Origin: Laetmonice hystrix
Taxonomy: Eukaryota
NCBI GenBank assembly: GCA_965235115.1
Contig: OZ249436.1
Span: forward strand, 33,730,001-33,790,000
Reading direction: 5' to 3'
Length of the DNA stretch: 60,000 nucleotides
Of the stretch, positions 25,226-36,896 are shown piece by piece. Position 1 is the stretch's first letter, and every line of letters starts with the position of its first letter. The position numbers and the translations under genes are program-made. The notes below the pieces were generated by a model. It did no database searches. It was not told the DNA's origin and saw nothing but the letters and a program-made list of their open reading frames with translations.

Positions 25226-27109
25226 ATGAGGGACATGCAACGAGAGCGCCTCACCCACCTCCTGGCCAATGCCATTCTGGAGCTGTGGAAGAAGGAAACA
25301 GGCAGCCTGTCGTCTGTTATCATAGAAGGTACGATATGCATTACATCAGGCACAGGCAAGACAACAGTCCTGCAGGTGGCTGATAGGTTCAGTGGTAGCA
25401 TTCCCGAGGCTGAACAGGAGGAGGTCCAAAATGCCTTCTCTCCGCCAGAGTCGGGCCGGTTTCATCATCACAACCTTGGAATGATGCGGAGCCTAAGCAT
25501 GCCTCATTATAATGACTTGGGACCAAGAGTTGATTGCCACAGCCAGGCATCCATGGCAGCTTTTTTAGACAATTTGTCCCCAGCTTCGCTCGTGTCTCCA
25601 GGAACAGATCACTCGAGGTCAAGCCGAGAAAGCAGGTCTCCTTCGGCGGTAGTCCCTGGACGTGGCGACACAAGCGCCATGGATGTAAGCACGGGGAGTT
25701 TCAAGGATGACATTTTGTCTGAATCTGGGTCAGACTCAGTCTCTGAAGACAAGTCAGGGTCACCATCAGAAGGCACCACCGGGGGTATATGCCCTGGCAC
25801 TGGGTACTACACGTGTGCTACACCTGAACTTAATAATAACAATATTGAGAAGAAAAGCCGTCACGTGTCAGAGAGAGACAAATCCCCTGACAGTCCTCCA
25901 GAGCGAATGAAACGACGACTTTCCATCGACCATTCACCAGACTCTGAATATTCTAGTAAGAAACGCACAAGTTTGGAAGCCCAGCAATACCCTGTTGACG
26001 GAAGAGACTCTGTGTCACCCAAAGAGCAAGGGTCTGATGCTATGGACCTTACACGTAAAGACAATGATGATCTAGCTCTTTCACCACCTCAAAGTTACAC
26101 CGCACAAGTACGAGACGTTATTCGACAAAGGCTGCTAGCTGCTCAGATACGAGGGCACTCTTCCAGCACTGGTGATGAGGTTGGTTTGCCGACAGATCTG
26201 AGCAAAAGCGGCATTGACAATAGTAACAAAGCCATAAAAGCTCTGAAGAGTTTCCCGCATGGTGAGCGCGATGCCAGTGGGCATATTCCTGAATGCAGCA
26301 CAGTTGATCGTGATGCCCAGGAAGTGCAGCATAAAGAATATGACCTTCACGAGAAGGGCCAGAATTCCTTAGAGCAATCATCTAGGGATTCTGCTGACAA
26401 AAAGCGCGAGGCTTTGAGGGTAAACATACCTCACCAGATGCCCCCACACAGCAGACCCATGTTGTCGAGTCCCATCTCGCCCATAATGTCATCTGGTTCA
26501 GGCATGATGGGTATACATGCTCCTCTGACAACCATGCCTCGTCAGAACATGACGATGGGAAATGGACCCTTGCATGCTATTCTACGTAGGAAGCCATTCA
26601 TGACGCCACCATTACGTACAGGTGTGACAACATCTTCTCCAAGCAGTGCCCCACCTATATTCTCTCATCCCGGTTTCTCCCCTCTAGCCATACCCCAGCA
26701 ATCCCCCCGAGATGCATCCCCATCACCCACAGACCTCAGCATGGAAAACTCAAACGAAGACAAGGAGGTGGGGCCAAACGGAGAGCAAAGAGTCTACCGG
26801 TGTGAATTCTGTACAAAGACTTTCCTGTTCAAGAGTAAGTACCACGAGCATCTTCCAGTTCATACAAATGCACGGCCTTTCCAGTGTCATTTGTGTTCTC
26901 GTACCTACAAGTACAAGTACGACTTACGGGTACATCTAAGAACACACATGGGCATCCCCACCAAGTCAACTGTCTGTCCTTTCTGCAACACCAAGTTTGA
27001 CACCAACAAGATGCTTCGAGTACACATCAAGGATGCCCACAAAGACAAACAGAAGGTAACAGAAGATGACTGCAGCCAAGCTCCAGAAAGCCTTAGCCCA
27101 GCTGTGTGA
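25226..27109 (+). CDS. C2H2 zinc-finger transcription factor (3 C-terminal fingers, CtBP-binding motifs), 627 aa, single coding exon
   Basis: Three CxxC..HxxxH fingers at 26795-27040 with a TNARP linker; PTDLS twice (26189, 26726) and AMDLT (26039); Ser/Pro-rich disordered middle; in-frame stop upstream of the ATG. Confidence 0.95.
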   Translation: MRDMQRERLTHLLANAILELWKKETGSLSSVIIEGTICITSGTGKTTVLQVADRFSGSIPEAEQEEVQNAFSPPESGRFHHHNLGMMRSLSMPHYNDLGPRVDCHSQASMAAFLDNLSPASLVSPGTDHSRSSRESRSPSAVVPGRGDTSAMDVSTGSFKDDILSESGSDSVSEDKSGSPSEGTTGGICPGTGYYTCATPELNNNNIEKKSRHVSERDKSPDSPPERMKRRLSIDHSPDSEYSSKKRTSLEAQQYPVDGRDSVSPKEQGSDAMDLTRKDNDDLALSPPQSYTAQVRDVIRQRLLAAQIRGHSSSTGDEVGLPTDLSKSGIDNSNKAIKALKSFPHGERDASGHIPECSTVDRDAQEVQHKEYDLHEKGQNSLEQSSRDSADKKREALRVNIPHQMPPHSRPMLSSPISPIMSSGSGMMGIHAPLTTMPRQNMTMGNGPLHAILRRKPFMTPPLRTGVTTSSPSSAPPIFSHPGFSPLAIPQQSPRDASPSPTDLSMENSNEDKEVGPNGEQRVYRCEFCTKTFLFKSKYHEHLPVHTNARPFQCHLCSRTYKYKYDLRVHLRTHMGIPTKSTVCPFCNTKFDTNKMLRVHIKDAHKDKQKVTEDDCSQAPESLSPAV

Positions 27110-30100
27110 AATAATTTTAGTTCCTATCAGATGAAGTTTTGTAGAACAAAATCTTTGGTATTCACGCAAAAATTTTCAAATATGTTTATCTTACAGGGAA
27201 TCTAAACAAGTGTAAAGCATTCAAGATTGATTTAAGTCAGTTTACAAGGTGAAAATTGGAATTAGGGAATAGATCCTGCACATAGATTTTTAAGTGCGTT
27301 TGAGCATCGTGACACTTACTAAGTTAGGAACCCTTTGCATTTTTGTTGGAAAAATATCAAGCGGCTACAAGACAGTATTGAAGAATAACCTGCAATAGGT
27401 TTTCATGACTTTTCAGTCATGTGCCTGATTCTGTACCAGAAATTTACAGGGACCACCATGATAATAATATATAAAAGTGTGGAGTTTCATTCATAGTATT
27501 CTATTGGCAGCCCTGCGGTTGGACACACTGCAGGAATGTGTACCAACAGCCCAGTCATCCCCAGCATCTATCTACCTCAAGAACTTTTTTTTCTCATTGA
27601 TGTGTGTACTTTTTTTTTGTCTTCTCCAAATGGTTGTCTCCGTAAAGGTCTGGGCTACAACACAGAAATATCAAGGATAATATTCACAATATGTCATTGG
27701 GCAGCAGTTGTCAAAATGTCAGATGTATAACGAGGACAGAGCCAAGTCGGTGACAATTACGGTACATTTTTAATGGCCATGGATTTTTTTTTTGGGGGGG
27801 GGAGGGGGTGATGCTCCTGGGGCTTTATAATTACCGGTAATGATACGACAGAGAGCATCAATGGAGCAAGTTTGGGAGGGCTCTTTGCATAGTACTGCAT
27901 CTCCCAAAGATGAGGATACATAAGGTTAAAGAAAGCTCCCCTGGCTCCATAAGACAGTTGATGCAATGCCATGTTTATTAACAAAAGTTATAGTCCACAA
28001 CTTGAAAGTGCGTTTTTTTTAATCATCCATTTTGTCCATTTGCCGTAACTGATATGACCAAACTGATTTCATAAAATATATTTTGTGTCAAGCAACACCA
28101 CTCAAAGAGATGTTGAGCCTGCATCTCCAGCTTCCAATACCTCAGGGACAGTAGAACTTGTTGCTGAGAGGCAAATTTAATGAGCAGTTCTTGGCGACAT
28201 CGCAACAAGTGGGGAGGTGGCAACATTGGTCTTGCGTTATTGCAGCCAATTGCCATTGGAAGATGTACACCACAAGTTAAATAACCCTGATGTGGATTTG
28301 CATCAAATACCTATTGAGGATTCAATTCGCTGTCTGCATAATCGTTGCATAGAAGAAGAAAAAGAACTACATGTATTTACGTTTTGTGATTTGCATTTCT
28401 GATTGTGACATACAATCCTCTACCCAAAGTGGTGCTAGTATCTATGCAAGAATGATGATACTATGGGTTCCAGAATCATCCCATCAGACATATAACGTAT
28501 ATAGTAGCCTGCATGTAGTTAACAAGGCTTATATATACATGTATACATAGTACATTTCTAGGGGAGTAAGCCAAGAAAGGGTACCGGACCAATCTGATGC
28601 AGTGTTAGGTCACGACAATGGGTAAATAAGTTGGCCAGTGGGATTCATGAAGAATGACGTCGGCCAACTACTGCAGACAATGCAATGGTTAGATGAGAAA
28701 AGGACCTTGTAGCCCCTTTTCGTCGTCACCAATTATGGAGTGTTTGAAGACATCCACAACAGGTACAGGACTGATAGAAAGCCTGTGATATATACGTGTA
28801 CCTACAGCCATGTTTTGGGTAGGCATTGCCGGAGTCATGCGGACTCCGAACTGCTGTACAGGAACTGAGTGATTTCAAAGGAAGGTGCTGGCACTGTCCC
28901 CACCCTGCATCTGAGTGGAACTCTCAAACACATAACGTTTTTTTAATGGGCAAGAAGATGCAGAGTCCATATATGCTGGAGGCAGTAAAGGGTAGGATTG
29001 CACTATGCAATCTGAAATGAAGCAAGGTCCACAGGTTGTACAGGCCTCACAAGTTCACACCAATGTTAAATGTATCTTTGTGATATCAAAGAACGTTGTT
29101 GAAGTTGCACTGAGTGAAATGGTGCAGAAGGTCACACAAGTTAGATTTATAATGTAGATGTTTTAATAGGGGTGCATTTATATGCTTGAAAAGAAATGTT
29201 TGTATATGTGTATATAAATATGTGAATGTTATCCGTGAAGCTGCATCTCTCCTGTGTTGCCATGGCTACATACTATCCAACATCCCTGTGATTGGATCTG
29301 AGGGGGCGGCCCTCACAGAGCCTAAGATCCTTATTCAATGTAGTTTAAAGATATATCCTTCATTGAACATTAAGTAGAATTTTGTTAAAAACGAAATTAG
29401 AGTAGTAGAATTGCATGAGAAACGTTGCTCATGAAATACTGGTCTGATGAACTGGTGCAAAAAATACCGCTGTCAACTCTACAAGCTCAAATTGCAAAAG
29501 TACTGTGGTAAAAGTTTGTTCTCTCAGCATCTCATAATCTTTCGCAGCAGGATTATTTCCAAAGCGTATAAGGAATCCAATGCCTAGTAATTCCTTTTTA
29601 TAACTGGAAAATCATGTAGTATTTCTCAATTTGGTAATGCATTCCAAGCATAATGAAAGCCAGACATGATTACAAGTGAGCTTCATGTCATTCCGCCATT
29701 GTCAAAAATAGCTCAAGAAAGTGCAAGTCCAAAGACGACATAGCATTCCATTATTGTGTTTTGATTATTCTTTTGTGTAATGAGTGAGAGATGGACAAAT
29801 AATGCAGAAAATTGCCATTCTTTGATTACAATAGATAATTAGATAGTTTTTCATGGTCACAAAAGTAACTCTTTATTGAAAAATTTTGTTCGGTATAGCC
29901 TGGCGCCGTGGCTGTGACATGTTTAGAGGGAAGATGGTGAAGTCCAAGAGTTTTACTGATGTTAACATTACAGATAGTACTTTTCCGGAATTTCTCAGAA
30001 GGATAATTAATGTCACACACAATTGGTAGAGATTGCGTTGAGCATTGAACAGTTTTACTATACATATATTTAAAAAATGGATAATGTACCAAGGAGTAAC

Positions 30101-33100
30101 ATCATTTCACTTTGGGTTTGACCAGGTGTGTATTTCTTTGTCATGGAAGAGATTGTGAATATTTATAACATTTCTCAAATTTTTAGCTCATTTACCCAGC
30201 TTGAACATGAATATAACATCTTTAGCCCAGGGAATTCTAATAATGGATGCAGCAGGAGTTGAAAGACCCTTGTCATAAGAAAATGTGTTATTGAAAGAAT
30301 CCTTTAAAGTGTTGAGCTTTACGACCATCCTGAAACGCTTCCTGTGACGAAATGACCCCCCCCCCCCCCCCCAAAAAAAAAAAAAAGAAAAAAAAAGCGG
30401 ACCAAAGATTTAGTGTTGCCGTGGCGATAACAGCCCAATGTGTATTTGAAAAGCAGTAATCATCCAAAAAGTCGCTGAATCTGTAGGTATACCTGAAAGT
30501 GTGCGTTTGATAACTTACTTCCCGTCATGAATTAATGAAGACATGAAAGGAAGTTTGGATTTGATTTGATCATAAATTACTGTTCACTGATAGCTGTTAG
30601 CAAGATCATATTTCAGATCATGTCAACGAAACAATTTACGTCAAATGTAGGGCCATAACAACATAGAAGTATCATTGATCAACACACAATCGTGGTAGGA
30701 AAGTTAGTGGGCAGAAATGTTTTTGGACCGTTTCTGAGTAGCTGTGAAGGTATCACGCTGAGGTTTACACAATCAATCAAAACAAGAAGGGCCAAAAAAT
30801 GTTGGGAACGAGTTTCCCCGATTTCACTTCGACATGTGTCCGGATGTTTTCTGATGATCATAGCGGTGTGAGTCACGCTCAACAAGAAGTGAACGAGGCC
30901 GCGAGAACTTCCTGGAGCTACCATGTGTCCAACATGTTGAAGGGGGTCGTGTCTTCTAGGGCAGACGACCGGTGGCGGAGGAGGAGGAGGCCGCGATGTG
31001 ACGTCGCGCATCGGTCGCATTCGCTCGGTGTCGGGCGGTTTTGTCGCGAACCATTTGACAGTAACTGTTGGGTCCACGGTGTGGCTTCCACGGGTAACAG
31101 CTGAGCAGACGACAGTCAGTCGTCCTGGCGGCCCAGTCTACTCTGCCTGACCCAGTTTTTTTTAGCGCCGCCGCCAACACAGCGGCACATGGCGCACTTG
31201 TGCTGTTCTGGTTGCTCGCGTCGTCATTGCTTGGATCCTGATCCATACCTAGAACACGATGTAACTGAACTGACCCCCTAAAACATGACCTTAGCGCACT
31301 GCGATATGTCCATTAAAAGACCAGACATGGATTTAGTTTTGATAGAACAGTATGGGACATGGCTGAGTGTTGGCTAACAGGTGGTAAAAGTGGAAAAGTT
31401 TGGCCCGACATTCTTTTAAGGTTTTAGGTGGTTTCCTGTGCGGGTGCGCATTTTGTGTGTCAGTGATGACATTTATCATTCAAGCGAGGTCAAGTCGGAG
31501 TCGGCGGTATTACCCAAATCATGGTTGCCAAACGAACCGCTTACAAGTAGACCCGCCGCCAACCGCGGTTTCCAGGAAATGTGTCACATGATGATGTGCA
31601 AGGGGGTGTGTGAGGCGGGGGTCAGATTACCCGGAGCTTGACCCATTGACCCCTATGGGTGGTACGGTATGGCAGGAAAACTGGGCGACCCCATGAACAA
31701 TTCCAGTCCACCTGACGTTCTGGGGGTGGAGGGGAGGGGGCTATCTATAGCAACACCGCCTCATGGGGGTTTCAGCCGGTTTTAAAGCTCACAATGCCTT
31801 GTTGGCGGGGTGCCAAATTAAACGGCCTGGTGCGTCTCATACCAGGAGCGAGGATCCCGGGACCCGTTCTCGGACGCTGACCCCTGACCCTGACCGACTC
31901 TTGACGGCCGGTCTGTTTTGGCCTGGCTTGGACTGGAGGTTGATGGTGACAAGTGGGCAGAGTCCTTCGCTGTGTAACCCGATCGAGGCCAACCTCCCAG
32001 GAAAACTATGCCACTTGTTGATGGTTAGAGGCCAGAGGCTGTGTGGCTAGATGCCAGTCGCGGGGGGAGGGGAGGGGGAGGGTGGGTGTGGGCTGCGCCT
32101 GTTAACGCAACATGACAGGCACAGAAAAATTTTCTACGGGCTCCATTCTGAATGAACCCTGTTCCGAAACTATCCAGCAGCGTCGGGTGCCAGGAACGTT
32201 AACCCAACCTCCAGTATAAGATGACCTGCCCTTTTTCAAGGTCACAATGCTATAATATTGCCGTCGCCACGGCAACACATACTTTGATACCAAACCAAGT
32301 GCATGTCTGTTACTATTACATGTATACTAATATAACAGAACTAAATTTTCCCAGACATGGCGCCCGTGAGGTTAAAATTCGGTCCCCTTTTTAGTCTTGT
32401 ACTTTAACATAAATATCAGGTTTCACTCCTAAGAGTACAAATGTAGAGAAGATAGCAGTGCTTTGCAGATAGCTGGCAATTTGTTATCTGTTATCGTTAA
32501 AATAGCTCAAATTCAGTCTTATCCTTTGTGTGTGACATTGAGCTAGAGGGCTACAAGTAGAGAACAGGCAGCCTTACTTATCTATTTGCCGCTATGTAGA
32601 CATGATCTTGGTCATTGGTCCGAATGGATTGTACTGATAACAATACTTTTCCATGTAGCACAGTGTGTCTTTATTTAGACATGATGTACCAACAAACTAT
32701 TTTGTTGACATTACCAAAGTTGTAAACCTGAAAAATGAAAGCCAAACACGCAGCACTACAAATTGTGTCGTTGTTCAGTAATGCTGCGTTTTTATGTGTA
32801 TACAGATCGTATATTTCCGTGGTCAACAAGAAAAAGGTGTTCATACTATAATACTTATTAGTGAAAGAAAGTCTTTCATTTCATTCCAAGGCTCCCTGGT
32901 TTCCAGTCAATGTTATAAATACGATTTATAAGAATTAACAAGCTCAGTATATTGTTTCGTTCGTTCAAACATTTAAAAAAAACCTTCGACTTCTTTACTG
33001 GATACTATCAATCTATGCATCAAGGAAATATTTGTTTCTTTTTTTGTTGTTGTATATACAGACATACATATATGTCGTGCATCTGCGGACAACATTACGT

Positions 33101-33431
33101 ATTTCAATGTGTAAACAAATCGCATAATGTCGAAAAATTTTGAAAAGAGAAAAAAGTATAGATAACTAGAGATATATATTTTGTTACAGATAGCTATAGA
33201 TGTGCTTGAACAATCAAGTTACCAACATGTATGTATAGTTGGAAGGAACCTGTTCATTCTGCTAGTCATTCATCGTGGTTGTATGTTATGTCTAATGGAT
33301 GAATCCATGATGAATGGTAATTAGATTAATCTCCGGTAGTTCGAAAAAAAAGTAATATTGTTGACAAGTGTCTTTGTTTGTTGCTACTACTATTGCCACA
33401 AATGTGGTTGTACGGTGCTTCCAGCATAAAT

Positions 33432-33502
33432 ACAAGGTGTCTCAAAATGTATACGTATTCTCTGTAAAACGAAAATGTATATTTTTTTAGAAATACCCTG
33501 TA
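33432..33502. mobile_element. Tiny Tc1/mariner-type MITE
   Basis: TA-CAAGGTGT ... ATACCCTG-TA termini; similar elements at 45926-46009 and an end at ~59272. Confidence 0.5.
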
Positions 33503-36500
33503 TGTACGATTTGAGGCATTGCCACAAATTATGTTGGAGGAGGGATCATGACGTTTGCGCCGTTGGTGCCTGTTCAAAGATTGTGTCTGCGTTGAGCTGT
33601 GACAGTTGGCATGAATGTATTATGTGTAGTTTTATTATAGTGACCGGAGCAACATTATGCGATGGATGTGTGTTGTCCAATTCACATGCAAGTGTAGAAA
33701 TCGTTGCCAAATACCAGGTCTCTGATTCTTCGTCGTGTGTATGTGTACTTACATACTAACCGGAGAACCTTAGCCATGGAATGGGTTGTAGTTGGTCAGC
33801 TAAAGTAGAGGGATTAGTGCTGGCATCTAGGTCCTGAGAGATGGCCACTAACCCTTTAGAGAGTTGGGGCTGAATGTACGAAAAGCCCAGGACAGGAATT
33901 GGAAAGTGTACAGAGAATGTTAATTAGAGTTATATATAGACTGAATGATGTGTGTGAGACGTCTGTGGGGTCTTTCATGTGCAGTATTAGTCAAATAACC
34001 TGCTATGTGCAGGTCACATTATACATTATGTCAAGTTATTGTTCTTGTTTGCATCAAATGAAACGTATGCATGTTGCATTCAGACTGAAGTGTACTCAGT
34101 ATTATATTAGTCGATTAGTGGAATGGTGCCAGTGTAAAAAGAAAACAAATATTTTTTTAAATACAAATAATTTCAGGGACACACTACCTCTTGTGGGCGT
34201 CTCAGTGAGTGACTTCTAGGGGTGTTTTTTTCCATCAAAGAAAAAGTACAGAAATATATCGTGTCTTCCAAGGAACCTCCACCAGTGATATATCATGCTT
34301 TATAAATTTCACATTTTCATGTCATGTCATGGTTAGATAAACCTATCGAGTGTTCTAGTATGACTAAAGCCACACACAAATACGTGCCTATGATTGTGCA
34401 AAATAATGCTAGAAAGGTGAATTGGTGTTGGTTGAACTGCAGAAGTTGAGAGATTAGTTGAAGGCCTAGTATGCGGGGGGGGGGGGGGGGGAGGGTGTGG
34501 CAACCGATGTGATATTGATTGACGTTGTAACTGATTGCTCTCCTGTGTGGGCGCACTTCATTCACATCTGAGGTAGAATTAAGTGCTCTGGGGGCTAACG
34601 GATTCATACAGGTACCATGGTGGGAACGTGACAAGAGAAAAATCAGGCTACGCCCATTCTAGCCCTGGAGCTGGATAAGTGGGCGGCGGGGAGGGGGAGA
34701 GAACTCGTGTTAAACGGCATCGCAACCCTCCCGGCCCACCCAAGAACTATGTGGATTATTTAATATCAGACTACCTCCTGGCCAGACTAAGCACCTTCAC
34801 TGCACTCTGAGTGGGATATGTCTTGGGGCTCTGAATGGGAGGTATTCGCCTCTGTACCAAAAGCTTTCTCTGAATTATTTTGGGCAAGTAAGCATCAACA
34901 ATGGCATTCCCAGTCAGACGGCGGAACTTTTCATCTCATGCTGATTCGTGGAAACTTTTCCCAGGCTTTGACTGAAAACGTTCAGCTGTAGCCGCACAGC
35001 TTGTTGTATTCCTGGATATGGGACGTGTGGGTGTGTAACGTACTGATTTCGGTGACTGCGACACAGACTGGATCGAGGGAACCATGCTGCCCAGTTTTGT
35101 CTAGGCGACCTTGCTGTGTTTGGCGCATTTGGTTGCGATTACCGCGACCAGTCCGTGCCGGTCGCTCCGCCAGATGCTGCTTTGTATAACAAGTGGTCGG
35201 CCTTGTTTGGGGCTCCTGGAAAAGTACGTCTTCTCCAACTGCATCTGACACCCACAGTTCATGGGCGGTGGTCGGGGAAATCCGAAATTTACATGTCGGT
35301 GGGGGCCAAGGGCAGAAGTGGGACGTACGTCTGGTAGACCGACCTGTCAGTGTCGGGTTACACCATCTCTGGAATGTCGCCCTTGTCGTGACTCCTGCAT
35401 CCATGTAGATGGCGATGGTCGGACCCTCCCTCTCAGCCGCCCCTCACTCCCCTTGAGTCCAAGCGAAATCTGGGATCGTTTGACAGCTGTATCCTGCCCC
35501 TCCCCCCCCCCCCCCCAAACAACTGACCATCCATCTCCCGTGAAATGGTTTGAAACAAGCGAGGACAATTTCCACCATCGGTTTAAGTGCTAGAACTTGT
35601 GTTCAGTCCTGTGGAACCTTAATTAGGAACAATTACTCTACAATGACACCTTTCTACCTTGATTATAATTTTCTCTAACCACAGCTTGATTGCGTGCTAT
35701 AATTGTGTAAGTTTCCCCTCATTTTGAAGAAGATCCACGCAAAGAATCAGCGGGATGGAAATGCAGTTGTCATTCTAGAAATGAATGATTTATGATCAGT
35801 CTGGATTGTTGCCACGTCAAGGCCTGGGCCTCTTCCCGCCCGCCCTGCTCATGATGCAGCCCTTTTCAGCTGCGAGTCAACTGGGTTAGGCTTTGGTTGT
35901 CGATGGGGACAAATATTAAACTTCAACTTTACCTCACATCGAAGAATTCGCCACTTTTGTCAATTTCTGCTGAAACGCAGTACCTTTTATTCAGACACCA
36001 AAAACAATGGCCTGCTCAAGAAAAAAAATGTTTGGGTCGAAGTGGGCCGGAAAGGAGACCTTGGTCAGGAAGGAGGAAACTCCGGCAGTGTGAGAGGATG
36101 AACCAATTCTACATGTAGATCTATGCAAGGATGAGCTACACTTTTGGTCCACTGTATATTCAATTAGTTTTCAGCTGCTATGTTTGCCTTATATCATCGT
36201 CTTTCATGAGAAAGAGAAAATGTCACGTACTAGATTTTCTTAATACCAGGAGTGTATATCCGGTAAATTGTGTTTTATAGATATATAAAATGTTGAAGCA
36301 GACCATTCATTTCTTCTGTGAACGAGTCTCTAATCTGCTTGTATATTAGTAGATGAAAACGGTTAATGACTAAACAAAGTTAGGGCCTACTAGAAGTATT
36401 GCATGGAGAAACTGAGGGGGGGAGATGAATATTATAGTCTTGTTGATATTATACTTAACGTTGATCTAGAGTCGCTAACACCATGTCCTATCGTTTTATT

Positions 36501-36896
36501 CTAACAATGATGGTAGTTGATATTTTATGTTGATCTTACGAAAAAGGCCTTTATGGTACACTGTAATTGTGTATTTCTTCGATGCTTACGTGCTTAAGGC
36601 CGGTTTTGGTAGAGAATCAAAGTTACTCAGACGTGTGGAAGTTGGGTTGTTTGCATCACTTGTTGATATGATCGTGGTTTCGTTACTTGTTAGACCCAGG
36701 TTCTATGATCCCCTAACTGGGGTACATCACTGTTTATTGTTAGGTGTTTTAGTGGGTCGGATGGACCCGACCAACCCCCCAGCAAGTGTGATAGGGTGAT
36801 TTGACGTTAACAAAGCCAACTACCAAGGGGGTCGTAATCGCCAGCGGTTATGACACGTGGTGTAACGGTTTTAGTTGCTATATTTTGTATACGAGT

